A DNA stretch of 64,000 nt from Mitosporidium daphniae (GCF_000760515.2 NW_013546178.1:1-64000), one strand, 5' to 3'. Counted from the first letter of the stretch, positions 44,552 through 56,146 are shown. A program made the numbers and translations. Notes: generated by a model not told the origin, from the sequence alone.

Positions 44552-44574
44552 TCACAACCCTAACCCTAAATAAA

Positions 44575-47500
44575 TTATTGTTTATTTGACACCTTCTTAA
44601 TGGCGGTGTGCTGCTGGTAATTGTGGGGTGTTCGTGCCCGTGGCGGAGGATCAATCAGTTTTTTATTTTCTATCTTCCATCAGCTGACTTGCCAATCGTC
44701 TCATGATCTGCATTTTTTTCAAAGAGTCCTCTATGGAACACGTCCGCAGGAACGATATGTACTCGGATAATATTTGCGCCTCAAACAATGAAAGGGCAAA
44801 GCTTTCAGAAATCTTTAGATCATAATAGATTCTCAAAATGTTTTTAACCTTGTTTGAGGAAAATGGATTTCCAAGCGACTCGAATTCGTTCCAACTAAAG
44901 GTTAATCATGTTGGTCAAGCTACCAGTCCGTTGCGATCTGAAAGGCGCCTTCTTCTTCAGCCTGCGTCGCTTGGAAAATAAAGTTTTTGGCCTTGTTGAG
45001 GCTACAGTCCAATGTTTCGGGGATGGAAGACAATGACGAGTTGTACATCAACTCGTATATGGGCTCTGAATGCTCCACATACCTCTCCAAAAAGAGATCC
45101 ATATCAAGAGAGGAAGAAAAGCCCAACATAAAATACATATTTACACAAAGGGAAATCAGAAAGAAAAATGCCAACATTCCTTTATCCAACGAGTAAAACA
45201 GCGAAAGCGCTTGATTGATATAATACAGCAGTTTGACGGCAAAAGATGCACCTTCATCGATGGGAAGTAAATACAGTATCCAAACTGGCGTTTCGGAAAG
45301 CAAAAACGAATACTTTGTGTGTGAAAAAGGGTCCGTAAAGTCCCTGGTGTTGAGTTTGCTTGATTTGTCCAATTGCTTTCGATTTGAGGAAACACTGGTT
45401 TGAGGCATGGAGACTTGAACGATGGTATCCTTAATCACATCCAAAAGAGAGTTTTTGTAGTCCACCAGTGCTTTGGAGACAAAAGTCTTCAATATCGGCT
45501 TCATAAAGGTCTGTTTACAAAAGATTATCGTTGACGTNAAAAAGATGTTGCATTTCGACACCCCAGCTGCGGTGATGCAATACCTGACCAAGGTGTAAAA
45601 GCAATCGCCAAATGGGACCGATGGGGTTTGCGCTATAACCTCGACAACATGAACGGAACAATCCTTTGAATATAAGATCCGAATGCTTTCATAGCACTCT
45701 GTTTCCTTTTTCTTCACTAAATGCATCGTTATGCTGATAAGTGCCATACCTAAGTTGTTGGTGATCGGGATCGTGTATTTCAAGTTCAGCGTTGGATATG
45801 GCTTTTCTTCCGAATTATTTGGAATATTATAAGGCGTGTCTTTCAAGTTATCAAACAGCGAGAAGGAGTCATCCGAAATTGAATCGCAAAAATGAATATC
45901 GCCAATGATGCCCCTGGAAGCCATAATGTTTCTGCGAAACTCTGAAATCAAAGGGTCCTCTGTTTTTGATGGACACCCATATTTGTCATCATCCGAATCA
46001 TTCGGGTCTTCCTTTGTGGAAGAAATGCCGGCATTGTAAAATAGCGCCATAAACAAAAATTGCACAGGAATGTCGACAACATCGTTTAAAAGCGTCATTT
46101 CATAGTGGTCACTGGCATCGCAAGGACACGTTTCGACAATATTTTCACCTGAAGAATTATATTTATCGAACACACAAGCCCCTTGAAGATTTCCATTTGC
46201 AGCAGCGGTCGCAGAGGCATTCATGCTGAGCTCGCTAAAAATTTTCAAAGGCGAAGAAGATAAAGAAGAGATTGAGGCCACGTGGACTTTCTTCATGATC
46301 TCTTCAAACGGAATTGTCTCCTAAAATTATTAGCACACAGCAAAAACACCATTCCATCTGCCAACGAATTATGGACCAACAATAGCTCCGAGTAGAATCG
46401 ATTGCAGCTATCCATTTGAAAAGACTTTACATGCAGCTAAAGATAACGGTGGTACCGATGCATGGAAATACCTCGACGTCATTTTTGCCCTTGATGATTA
46501 TAGAGATGCTGTAGCTATACTCTTCCTTTTCTAGCGAAGTGATTTCTGGCAGCAAAATGGTTTCCTAAAAATATTTGCCACAAACATAAATACAAGGTGG
46601 TTTTGGCCAAATGCACACGAATTGAACAAAACAAAGCTGTTGGTCAAATACAACCGCCCCAACAGCACAATGTCTCGTTGCAGGGAGCAGTCCAAATCTA
46701 CGGTCCGTTATGCAAGTCCATCGCACTTACAAGCTAGCACACCGACATTGGCCTTTATGTCGGGCTTTATGGAATGCAGCTCGAAATTTACATTCCCCAA
46801 GTGTTTGTCCGCATATATGGACGCGTTTTCCTCTAAGTTGAAATGTAAATAAACGCACAAAATACCAAGGCTGTGGTCCGCTTCGGCGCTCACGTGTGCT
46901 TTGTTCGAATTTACCTGCAGCGAAAGCAAAGAATCGGGTATGGATTCGTTATTTTCAATCACCATGCTTTCGGACGATGAATGGGGATTGATGGATACAG
47001 AGCAAGGATTGCCCAACAAAGCATACCGCTTTGCATTTATGAAGGTCTCCATCCAACTGCGAAAATCTTCTTCATTTTCGGCCTGGAAGATGATCGAGCT
47101 AAAAAGAGGAAAAAGACTCCATCATGCGGTACCGTTTGGCCGAGCTCATTTCGAAGCAAAAATTTCGTTCATGATAGTCTTGCGGCTTTAGCTCACATAG
47201 AAAAACATGAATATCGGAGGATTGTATTATTTCGCCCTAGCTCTTAATGATGGATAGAAACATACCCGAGCTTTTCCTAGAAAGCAATAAGAAAACAGGC
47301 TGTTTTTGAGCGTTGCATATACACGCCTCCATGCCGCTGATAAAGGCTTTCCACCGATTTTCTTCAGCAAATACCCCTGCTTTTCAATCCCAGAGCCCGC
47401 AGAAAAATAGTCTGGCACAAACCCAAGCCTTGCATTCTAATGATGGGTTAGCGGGATCAAGGGTGCAATACATCTTCCTTCTCCTTTCGTTGGGCCTCAA

Positions 47501-48445
47501 ACGCGCCCACGATCGACTCTGACATCTTTTCTTTCTAAATCGCCATCACCATTGATCATAAATACCTCTTCAATCAATGTCTTGAACTGCTCCAAATGCG
47601 GTCGCAAGGACAAGAATATTTCAAATGAAGTCTGGTGATATTCAATGATCGAATTCAGGGACAACATAAACTACATTGACTTGCTGTATGCGGGAGACCT
47701 ACTTTATCGGCAATGAATGGATCAAGAACGTGTATAATGTGGCTCAATTGTGCAGTGTAATCCAGGCATGTCGAAAGATACGCCTTTTTTTGCTCAAAAA
47801 TTTGGTATTTTTCCTATCTTTAGCCGGGTAAAAGCAAACCTCCTTCATGTTGGAGGGCTCTTTTATCTTATTGATGGCGCCATATTTCAACATTGTCCCC
47901 TCATGCTTTTCAAACGCCTTTTCAAATCCTTTTCTTTTCTCCTATAAAGCAGTTATCGTATTGCACACTAATGCCTTGATGGAGCGCAGGTCTTTCTGCG
48001 AAAATTCCCGGATTGGAAACAGTAGATGCTTTCCGATCTCTTTTAGCTGCAAGTGAGGTTCTTAATGATACCAGTTTATGATTGCACGTCAATGAATTCC
48101 CAATTGAGGCAATCGATGCTTTCAGGATCTCGCGGATTAACTCGGTATCTATTCAGCATTAGCAAGTAGCTTTTGGTACAAGGATCATTCATTTCCTGAA
48201 TCCGAGAAAGATCATCGACAAATTCTTTAAACGTATCGTTAAGATCTAAACATTAGCACCCTTCTAGTGCAAATACCCGCCGAATCTTCCAAACACGTTC
48301 TGAGGCTCTTATTTACATATTCGAGGTATTTGGAGAGATCTTCCAGGATATTTTCATGGGCCTGTCTTGAAGAATGAAAAAACGGGCTGTTGGACAATGC
48401 GAGATCAATGTTTAGTTCACAAAGGGTGGTGTTTTTGTGCTCCAT
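44575..48445 (-). CDS. BAR-PH-GRAM-VASt(StART-like)-TM sterol transfer protein (Sip3/Ysp1/Lam family), many short introns
   Basis: NSPFF at the BAR start, PH EKQGYLLKK...WRRVY, GRAM LLGRLYLTNSFVLFNS, VASt TPSVPFGDCFYTLVRYCIT and a C-terminal TM. Exon limits are approximate. Confidence 0.82.
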
Positions 48446-48824
48446 TGTATTTGATGTGGCCAAAATTGTCGAGTCCAAACTTCCTGCAATTTAAATGTTC
48501 AAGACAATTATTATTTATTTGCCCACAATGGCACTCAACAGCTGACGACGGCCTGGCCAAAAACCATCCACATATGAGTGCCAATTACAATCCAAGCATT
48601 ACAGCCATCATTGCATCACGAGAGTTTCTTTGTGCCATTTTGCACTTCCCAATGGCTGTCTAATAAAATTCCTTATTTAACGAGCGATTTTTTTGACAGG
48701 ATTTGATTTTTCATTTCAGTACGCATCCAACTTTGTATCGGAAAGTTTACATGCAATGAAAATGCACACCGTCGATAGATGTCTTCCAGGGTCCATTGGC
48801 GCCATGTGATACGTCATAAATGAT

Positions 48825-48854
48825 CTCCAACCCTAACCCGGGTTAGGGTTGGAG
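48825..48854. repeat. Perfect 30-bp palindrome of head-to-head telomeric (TTAGGG) units
   Basis: CTCCAACCCTAACCC|GGGTTAGGGTTGGAG equals its own reverse complement. Confidence 0.95.
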
Positions 48855-48905
48855 TGTGTCTAAAGTACACTTGAGCCCCCAAATTTAAAATGTTTACCTG
48901 ATAAA

Positions 48906-49568
48906 ATGCATGCTGACAAAACAAACTATGAATATCAACTGGAACAGGTCCTTACGGCACTAGACTCGGATCGGGACAACACTGCGCTGCTCAACTTGAA
49001 AAAAGATCTGCAAGATGCCATCAAGCTTTCAAAAGAGCTGGCGCCCAAAAAGCGACAAGCTACCACTCAAATAGAAAAGGGCGTTGAAAAGAGGCCGGTT
49101 CCGGAACAAGTTCCAAAGGCCGAAGAATGTGTCGCCACGGAACCAGTGTGCCTTCAAATTGGAGAAAAATGTCAAATCCGGTCCGAAGGTGGCGGATGGC
49201 TTGACGCAACGCTCTCTTCCATTGGCAAAAACAGGACACGATGGATTGCAATTACTACTAAGACAAATGAAACGAAAGCGGTCTCTTTGAAAGACATTAG
49301 GCCGATGCCAGAACACAGGGCAGCGCCGATTTTGCAGCTATTGCCGCTTGGTGGAGCACAGCTGACAACTGCCTCAAACCCCCCAACCCAAAAGGAAAAG
49401 GAGAAGAGGATGAAAAAGGTTGCGGCGCGCCAGGAATACCTTGCCCGAAAGGAGGCCGAACACGAGCAAAAAGCCTCCGCTTGGGCCACGTTCCAATCTA
49501 AGCTTTCAAGAAAAACCAGTGCCAGCCTATTTAAACCCCCAAGAGCCAATGATAAAAAATTTAATTAA
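48906..49568 (+). CDS. SPF30: Splicing factor SPF30/SMNDC1 (Tudor domain)
   Basis: YEYQLEQVLTALDSDRDNTALLNLKKDL, Tudor IGEKCQIRSEGGGWLDATL and EHEQKASAWATF. Confidence 0.85.
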   Translation: MHADKTNYEYQLEQVLTALDSDRDNTALLNLKKDLQDAIKLSKELAPKKRQATTQIEKGVEKRPVPEQVPKAEECVATEPVCLQIGEKCQIRSEGGGWLDATLSSIGKNRTRWIAITTKTNETKAVSLKDIRPMPEHRAAPILQLLPLGGAQLTTASNPPTQKEKEKRMKKVAARQEYLARKEAEHEQKASAWATFQSKLSRKTSASLFKPPRANDKKFN

Positions 49569-50876
49569 CCCGGTTTACAGTAAAGATACAAATGAGAAGT
49601 AAAAGAATAGGGACGATGGACCCAACCCACCCTAGAATGTAAAACCGTCCACATGCAGTGTGGCCATCCAGCACAAACTGCAATAGGCTCATGATGGCCA
49701 TGCTGACCATTGACTTGACAGAGATGTAAAATGTGACCATCTTCCCGGAACAGTTGAGCTGCTCAATGGCCTTGCTGGTTAGCATGGTGCCGACGGCACT
49801 TCCGGTCGACATGAGGACAGCCCATAGACACCCAAACCTAATATATGTACACGAGCTGCCAAGCAGGGACAGAGTTATCATAGAATACGCCATTGCAACG
49901 GTTGAAATGATACAAATCAGGAATGCAGTACGATGGTCTTTTTGCCACCAACTGGTGAACGAAAGATACAGCGAGCTGCAAAAGCTTGCGATTTTTCCAA
50001 GAGCATCAAAGTAGCCACTATGCATGGCATCGATATTTCCATTACTTGCGTAGCGGTAAACTAAAGAAGAAAAATAGTTTTCGCATAGCCCCAAAGCACA
50101 GAAAATGAAGATCCAGGCAGATGTCAATAACAGCACATTGGCATTTGGGATGAAGATATCTTCTCTCAGTGTTTCCTCAGCCTGCCTGTCGAAATTGCCT
50201 TTTCGCTGGATGCTCCAGACCAGCATAAGGATGGAAAAAAACAGAGCAACAACCAAAAAAATCAAGGTCAGGGCAAATGAAATCCACAGGCTAAAATGGG
50301 ATATCAAAATTCCAGCAGAAAGACATGCAAATACGTGGCCTGCAAACACGAGAGACTTGATGTGTGCATTCCATTTTGCGGCAACAGCAGGTTCAAGGTA
50401 GCTAGAAACGCACCCATAAAATCCACTGGAAGATGCTGTTGCCATTCCATAAGTAACCTGCATCATGACCATCCAAAAAAGAGTGTTTGGATGGCCACCT
50501 TCAACAAAAACCAGCAGGGCATATGTGACTGTCTGAGACAGCATCTCAAACAGTATAAGCAATTCTGGCGATAAAATGACGGACAACGCAACGATCAGAA
50601 TGCGAAATATGGCATCAGAATAGGTCCACATCGGAAAAATTTGGTTGTTCACCTAGAGTAAGTTGCGATCTCGCTTCCCACCTCGTATTCGGAAAGCCTT
50701 TTGTCGTGAACCAAAAACAACGTCAAATACGACTCGCCAAACTTTAAAGATTTTGTTATTGCAATCCCAACAACTATAAACAGCAGGAAATACATTCCAT
50801 TTTGTCTAATTTTGGAACTGGTCATTAAACGTGCAATTTCAAAATTAATAATCCCTTTCATCACATCGCTCATCAT
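49561..50876 (-). CDS. Reduced folate carrier/thiamine transporter (SLC19-like); intron 50653-50681; start 50876 or 50797
   Basis: Spliced ESYLTLFLVHDKRLSEYE|VNNQIFPMWTYS and MQVTYGMATAS resemble SLC19 (EPFLTPYL...NL...QV..EI.PVWTYS; FYG.ATA). It has many TM helices. Confidence 0.75.
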
Positions 50877-50950
50877 CCATTTTTAGATGTTCATTTATTT
50901 TGGCTTTATTTAGGGTTAGGTTTGTCTCTCTACATACCGACGTCCCAATG

Positions 50951-50985
50951 TATACACATACATGCACACACATACATACACACAT
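50951..50985. repeat. (CA/TA)-rich imperfect microsatellite
   Basis: tatacacatacatgcacacacatacatacacacat. Confidence 0.7.
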
Positions 50986-51077
50986 CAATGTAGGACTGCA
51001 CATCGTTTAAGAAACAAAAATTGACGACAAACTGTCGTGATCTAAAAAATATCTAAAAGGGTTAGTTAACAAAAAGA

Positions 51078-52767
51078 TCATGCGTACATTCCAAAGCACA
51101 CCAGCAGAAACCAAAAGGTGCCAAAGCAACAATCAGCAATAAGGACGCCCCATGAGGAAAGGAAAGGATTTGACTGCAGGTTCGATACATGGAAGATATA
51201 GCACGTACATAAGAATAGCAGGATAATATTGGGTTTTGGTAAGATATGAGTAAAAAAGATCTTGGGATACGGAAATAGCGATCGGAAATAGCCTGAGAAC
51301 ATGATGAGCTTACAAAGCATCCCAAAGATGGAGCCAAAAATGACCACATCAAAGGGAGATTGCACGAAAAAGGAAAAGACAAAGGTAGCTGCAATCGAGC
51401 AGATCGAGCTCAAAATGTCGAAGCATTGTACTGACAGGCCGATATCTCTACTGGTCACTTTGAGGATGGAGACTGATATTTCTGTCTCAATTGGAATCAG
51501 AATGGCACTGAGTGCCAGCGAGAAAAGAGAGATTCCAAAAAGATGCGAAATCTGCCACAAAGCATCGAAAGATGAACTCTTATTCATGAGCAGGATAGCT
51601 AGTAGGTGGCTTTTAAAAAACGTGCCAAAAACAACCACCCCCAATGCCCAGTATGTTGCCAGCCTTACTCTTGATAATACTTCACGCGCCTCTTGTTTGG
51701 ACAGCTCCGTTACGGAATTGGCACGCGAAAAAGCAGCCTGCTTAATGGCTTCAGAAACGGGTGTGTGGATTAATCTTGAAGGTATGCTGCCGTATTGAGA
51801 TGCGATCGAATAAGATCCTTGGAGCATAGCTACTTTCTCCTGCGTCAAGAAATGATTTTTTGCCGTCAAAAACGAGATGAATATGGATCCTACATTTGCC
51901 AATACGGTAGAAATAAAATTCCTTCTACACTGTTTTAGAGCGTTCAAACAAAGATTGTAAAAAGAGTGATGCCTAGCATCAGGTTCAATACGCTGCACAG
52001 CGACGTCGTTTATTTTGCCGTCAAAAGAGGACAAAGTCTTACTGGGGAAAAGCGCCAGTTTTGTAAATGAATGGTACTTGACCAACAGGAAAAAAGAAAA
52101 GGTCCCCAATAGCTTAGCGATTCCAAAAATGACTAAAGCTGCATTCGAGTTTCCAGGGGTATCAATAAAGGCAGAACCAACGAGCTGAAAGAAAGCTTGC
52201 AAAATCGTTGTAATAGACTCGCACACAACCACGTCATAAAGCCTTCCACTGGCCTTGGCATAAGACAAATCCAGCTCCATAACGACCTCGATTTGTGAGG
52301 CAAGGAAATACATTGCCAAGGCATAAAAAAGAGGCTTGTCAGATATTGAACCCCCAGATAACGGACCCCATGGCTTTTCTCCAGTGATCCAACAAATAGT
52401 AATAAGCCAGAAGACCATCAAAGCAAACGCTGGGATTTTAAGAAGCCGCTTTAACGTCTGCCATAACTCGGGCGAGAGCCGTGCATTTCCCTTAAATTTG
52501 TGGTCATTTATTTGGCTGATAAGAACAGATCTGAACCCCTCCAAACAAAGAGACATTCCGATCGTATATGGAAGGTCCAGCTTGAAAGCAACGATCCCAA
52601 TGATTCCTGCAGATAGCTAAGCAGTTAGAATCACATGGCCATACTTGTCTGAATAAAAAAATATGGATAAAGAAGCTTAGCGATCTAACGATGATTTGTT
52701 GACCCACCAACAGCAAAACGTTACAAGGGGCAAATTTAACCAGATTGTCGTTGCGTTTAGAGCACAT
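51078..52767 (-). CDS. RFT1: Rft1 oligosaccharide translocation protein; one short intron near 52617-52643
   Basis: QQIIVRSLSFFIHIFLFRQ|LSAGIIGI..KLDL.YTIGMSLCLEGFR and QGSYSIASQYGSIPSRLIHTPVSE. Confidence 0.8.
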
Positions 52768-52862
52768 GAAGCACAATATCAAAAATTTTAGAGCACATAA
52801 ACATTAAAATTTGGGTTCAATTGAACCCAATTTATTACACAGCACCATGCGGTTGTTTGTTA

Positions 52863-54152
52863 TCAAATGAAATAAGGGATCACTTGCACCAGCAAACAAA
52901 TGGCAATGAATGGGGGAATGGTCCAAACTTCCGGTCTAATGGAGAAGCTCGTCCGACTCTCGTCCTTCAGATATGCATCCTCAGAAATCGGGGCCCAATT
53001 GTTAATACGACCACACATGGACCTCAAATCCGAATTTAACAAGGCCAAGGCATCCATGTGGTTTGCCCTTCTTTCGAAGATACCAGAGTTGGCCACTCTA
53101 AAGTACTCGCGATATGATTTCCATAAATTTGTCTTGGTTTCTTTTGGGATGGCATCAAAACAATCAAGATCCATTGTGGATATTATTCTGAACGGCATTA
53201 GCGGTTTTAGCTCTTCTTGGGCCACATCGCCGGACGAAACATGGGGTAGTTTTTTTGAAAATACCTCCTTGAAAATGCTGCTTGACTTTCCCTCCTTTAA
53301 ATAGCGTTGCAATTGAGAGTCTTCTATAGCCATTGGCTCTCCAACGCCGCCCCACCTATTGGATATATCAAAGAAATTGGAGGGCAAATTTTTACACCTA
53401 TCTGCCCCCGTAAATAGCTTAGAAAGACACTGGGTGGAGGCCACAGAAAGCTTCAAGCAATTACCAAAGTCCGATGGCATCAAAATACAGCAAGAGTCTG
53501 CGTTTTCCTNCCTTGGTAGCACTGAGGAGTACAAGAAATTTGTTCTCACCAAAGTGGTTGGGGAAACTGCCGCCCAATGTGCTAATAGTGCCGAGGGTCG
53601 CTGTTCGACCATTTTTTCCAATAAATAAGGAGTGAGGTGGTTTATCAGTTCCTTTGAAAGGGAGTTGATGCATTGGTCACTCAGCATCCCCATAAGACCG
53701 GCATCGATGATCTGGAAAAATTGAGGGATCGTCATGGACGAACAATCGGTTATTCCGGCAAAGTTTAATGGAGGCACTTGCAATACATTGAGACGACTCA
53801 AGCAAGAACACTTGATACCCTCAGAGGGCACATACTTGTCTTCTGTATCGGCCTTGTCGGCCTCAATTAATTGATGCGGTAAAATGGTCAAAAACGGATA
53901 CGAGGCCAATCGATTTGTGAACAGGTAGCAACAGTATCCTTTCTCGCCAGGCTTTTTAGAGCCGCTGAAAGCCTGAAAATTTTTTGATCCCAAAAGGAAT
54001 GAGCTGGCACAAGCGAACATTGAAGGCGAAGGGCCCTTCTCCGCAACACTTGAGGAAGTCACATTTCCATTGGACACGTTGATGGAAAACACGGTGGTGC
54101 CAAAGAGGCTTAAAAGTAGAATACAAAGGTATATACAAGAACATCGCCCCAT
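52863..54152 (-). CDS. Hypothetical Cys-rich secreted or surface protein with C-terminal hydrophobic anchor
   Basis: Signal-like MGRCSCIYLCILLLSLFG, many Cys residues and C-terminal WTIPPFIAICLLVQVIPYFI. The frame is open to 54203. Confidence 0.7.
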   Translation of the reverse strand: MGRCSCIYLCILLLSLFGTTVFSINVSNGNVTSSSVAEKGPSPSMFACASSFLLGSKNFQAFSGSKKPGEKGYCCYLFTNRLASYPFLTILPHQLIEADKADTEDKYVPSEGIKCSCLSRLNVLQVPPLNFAGITDCSSMTIPQFFQIIDAGLMGMLSDQCINSLSKELINHLTPYLLEKMVEQRPSALLAHWAAVSPTTLVRTNFLYSSVLPRXENADSCCILMPSDFGNCLKLSVASTQCLSKLFTGADRCKNLPSNFFDISNRWGGVGEPMAIEDSQLQRYLKEGKSSSIFKEVFSKKLPHVSSGDVAQEELKPLMPFRIISTMDLDCFDAIPKETKTNLWKSYREYFRVANSGIFERRANHMDALALLNSDLRSMCGRINNWAPISEDAYLKDESRTSFSIRPEVWTIPPFIAICLLVQVIPYFI

Positions 54153-54269
54153 GTTTAGCAATATCAGGCCAGTAAAGGCTGCCTTACAATAGCATGAGAC
54201 CAAATAATTTTAATTGGTCGGCCAACATACAAATCCAATGGGATTGATTGCCAAATTTTTAAATGAAAA

Positions 54270-55114
54270 ATGAAACAATTAATCCAGCTATTCTCCAATC
54301 CGCTTATTAAGGTGTGGATATTTTCCCCAGATCTTGCAGATATTTCTGAAAAGATAAGCGACTCAAGGTAAAAATCGCCATATCCTGTTTCCTAGCGACT
54401 CTGAAGCTCTATTCCATACTTTCGCATGGCCGGGTTCAATTCTTCTCTCAGAATATATTGCATCGTTTCCTAAAATATTTATAGGCGCCAGGATATTTGA
54501 GGTTTGGTTTATCATACATAAAAGGTAGCTAAGCGCGGGGATAGCCATTCCCTCAATTGTGGCCCTGAAAATCGGGGCTACCCATGCCATCCTCCACGAA
54601 CGGCCCTCCATTGCTTATGGGGAAATTACTGGCTCAATTATAAAAGCCAATCATATTTTGCGATCTCAAATTAGTACGCTTCAATTTAATTGGGCAGATG
54701 ACAATGATCAAAATTTTGCGCCAAGTATGAGACCGCACCTTATCATTAGTTGAGCAAATCGATTTTGTATTTTGCTCTGACTGCATCTTCCATAAAAAAG
54801 GTATCTCACTAGCTTTCATCAGTTGATATATGCAACATTATCAGAATAATTGCTCGCATATTGTGGACAAATTCAGAGTGCAAAGCCATGCTCGCATATC
54901 ATCATCGAAAGTATGTAGAATCGAAATTTTGAATGATAGTCTATACTGCACCATAAGACCATGGCTTGTTTTTTGGTCTTTAACATGTAGACCTATAGAC
55001 ATACCTTTTGGATGGAAAGAGTCTCTGAAAAAGCATCACATGTCCACCATGCCTTCCTTTGCTCACGAAGCCGACGAAGTCTTTTTATTTTTAATTGAAA
55101 AGGCTAATTCCTAA
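54270..55114 (+). CDS. METTL23: METTL23-like SAM-dependent protein methyltransferase; 5 introns (54368-54395, 54502-54528, 54725-54749, 54801-54822, 54911-54939)
   Basis: Not recognisable in the ORF track. Splicing gives HTFAWPGSILLSEYI...IFE|LSAGIAIPSIVALKIGA...FNW...IDFVFCSDCIF...AYHHR|...WSLTC. Confidence 0.82.
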
Positions 55115-55195
55115 ATATTCAAATCAGTAAATTTAAAACATGTGCGCATGTGGAGATTGATCGGCCAGTTTAATTTTACGCACATCCAAATTGTC

Positions 55196-56146
55196 ATGGA
55201 AAGCGACGAATACATGCTAAAATGCGGATTGGCTTCCATGTTAAAGGTACAAGCTGTGTGTAACATTGAGGGCGGTGTCATCATGGATGTTGTCAATGAA
55301 GAGCAGGCAAAGATTGCCGAGGCTGCAGGTGCCTGTGCCGTGATGGCACTGGAAAAGGTGCCGGCAGATATTAGAGCGTCCGGTTTGAAACAACTGCAAT
55401 GCTAAGTTTAGGCGACATTGCCAGAATGGCAGATCCATCAATTATTGAAAAGATTCAAAGCGCAGTGTCCATTCCGGTCATGGCAAAGGTCAGAATTGGG
55501 CACTTTGTGGAGGCAATGATACTGGAGCATTTGAAGGTCGATTTCATCGACGAATCTGAAGTGTTAACCCCGGCAGATCCATTCCTCCACATCGATAAGC
55601 GAGGTTTCAAAATCCCGTTCGTGTGCGGATGCAAAAGCTTAAGAGAAGCATTGAGAAGAATCAATGAAGGAGCTGCCATGATAAGGACAAAGGTTGCAAA
55701 TTTATATGCTGACAACTTAGGGCGATGCCGGAACCGGAAATGTAGAGGAGGCCGTTAGACATGCAAGAATGTTAGCAATCGAGATTCAAGCGCTACGAAA
55801 GGCAATAGATGCCGACTTTTCAGGAAGAGAAAATGAGGCCTATAAAGCCTACTCGAACGAGTTTGGCGTTCACGAGGGCATAATCAGGGAAACCGTGAAA
55901 CTTGGCCGCCTTCCCGTGGTAACATTTGCGGCCGGTGGGATTGCAACGCCTGCAGATGCAGCAATGATGATGCACCTTGGCATGGACGGCGTGTTTGTCG
56001 GATCGGGCATTTTTAAAAGCTCCAATCCGGAGGCGCGAGCAAAGGCAATCGTGTCTGCCGTAGCCAATTACAAGTGTCCCTCTATTTTAAAGGAAGTTTC
56101 GATGGATTTGGGCAATTGCATGAAATCATCTAAAATGAATAATTAA
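55196..56146 (+). CDS. PDX1: Pyridoxal 5'-phosphate synthase subunit Pdx1/Snz1; 3 introns (first 55247-55270)
   Basis: [70 protein letters not shown] and [13 protein letters not shown]. Confidence 0.95.

Noticed and set aside
45538..53510. Two single ambiguous N bases (45538 and 53510)
   Set aside because: Assembly ambiguity or heterozygous sites. Reading frames are preserved.
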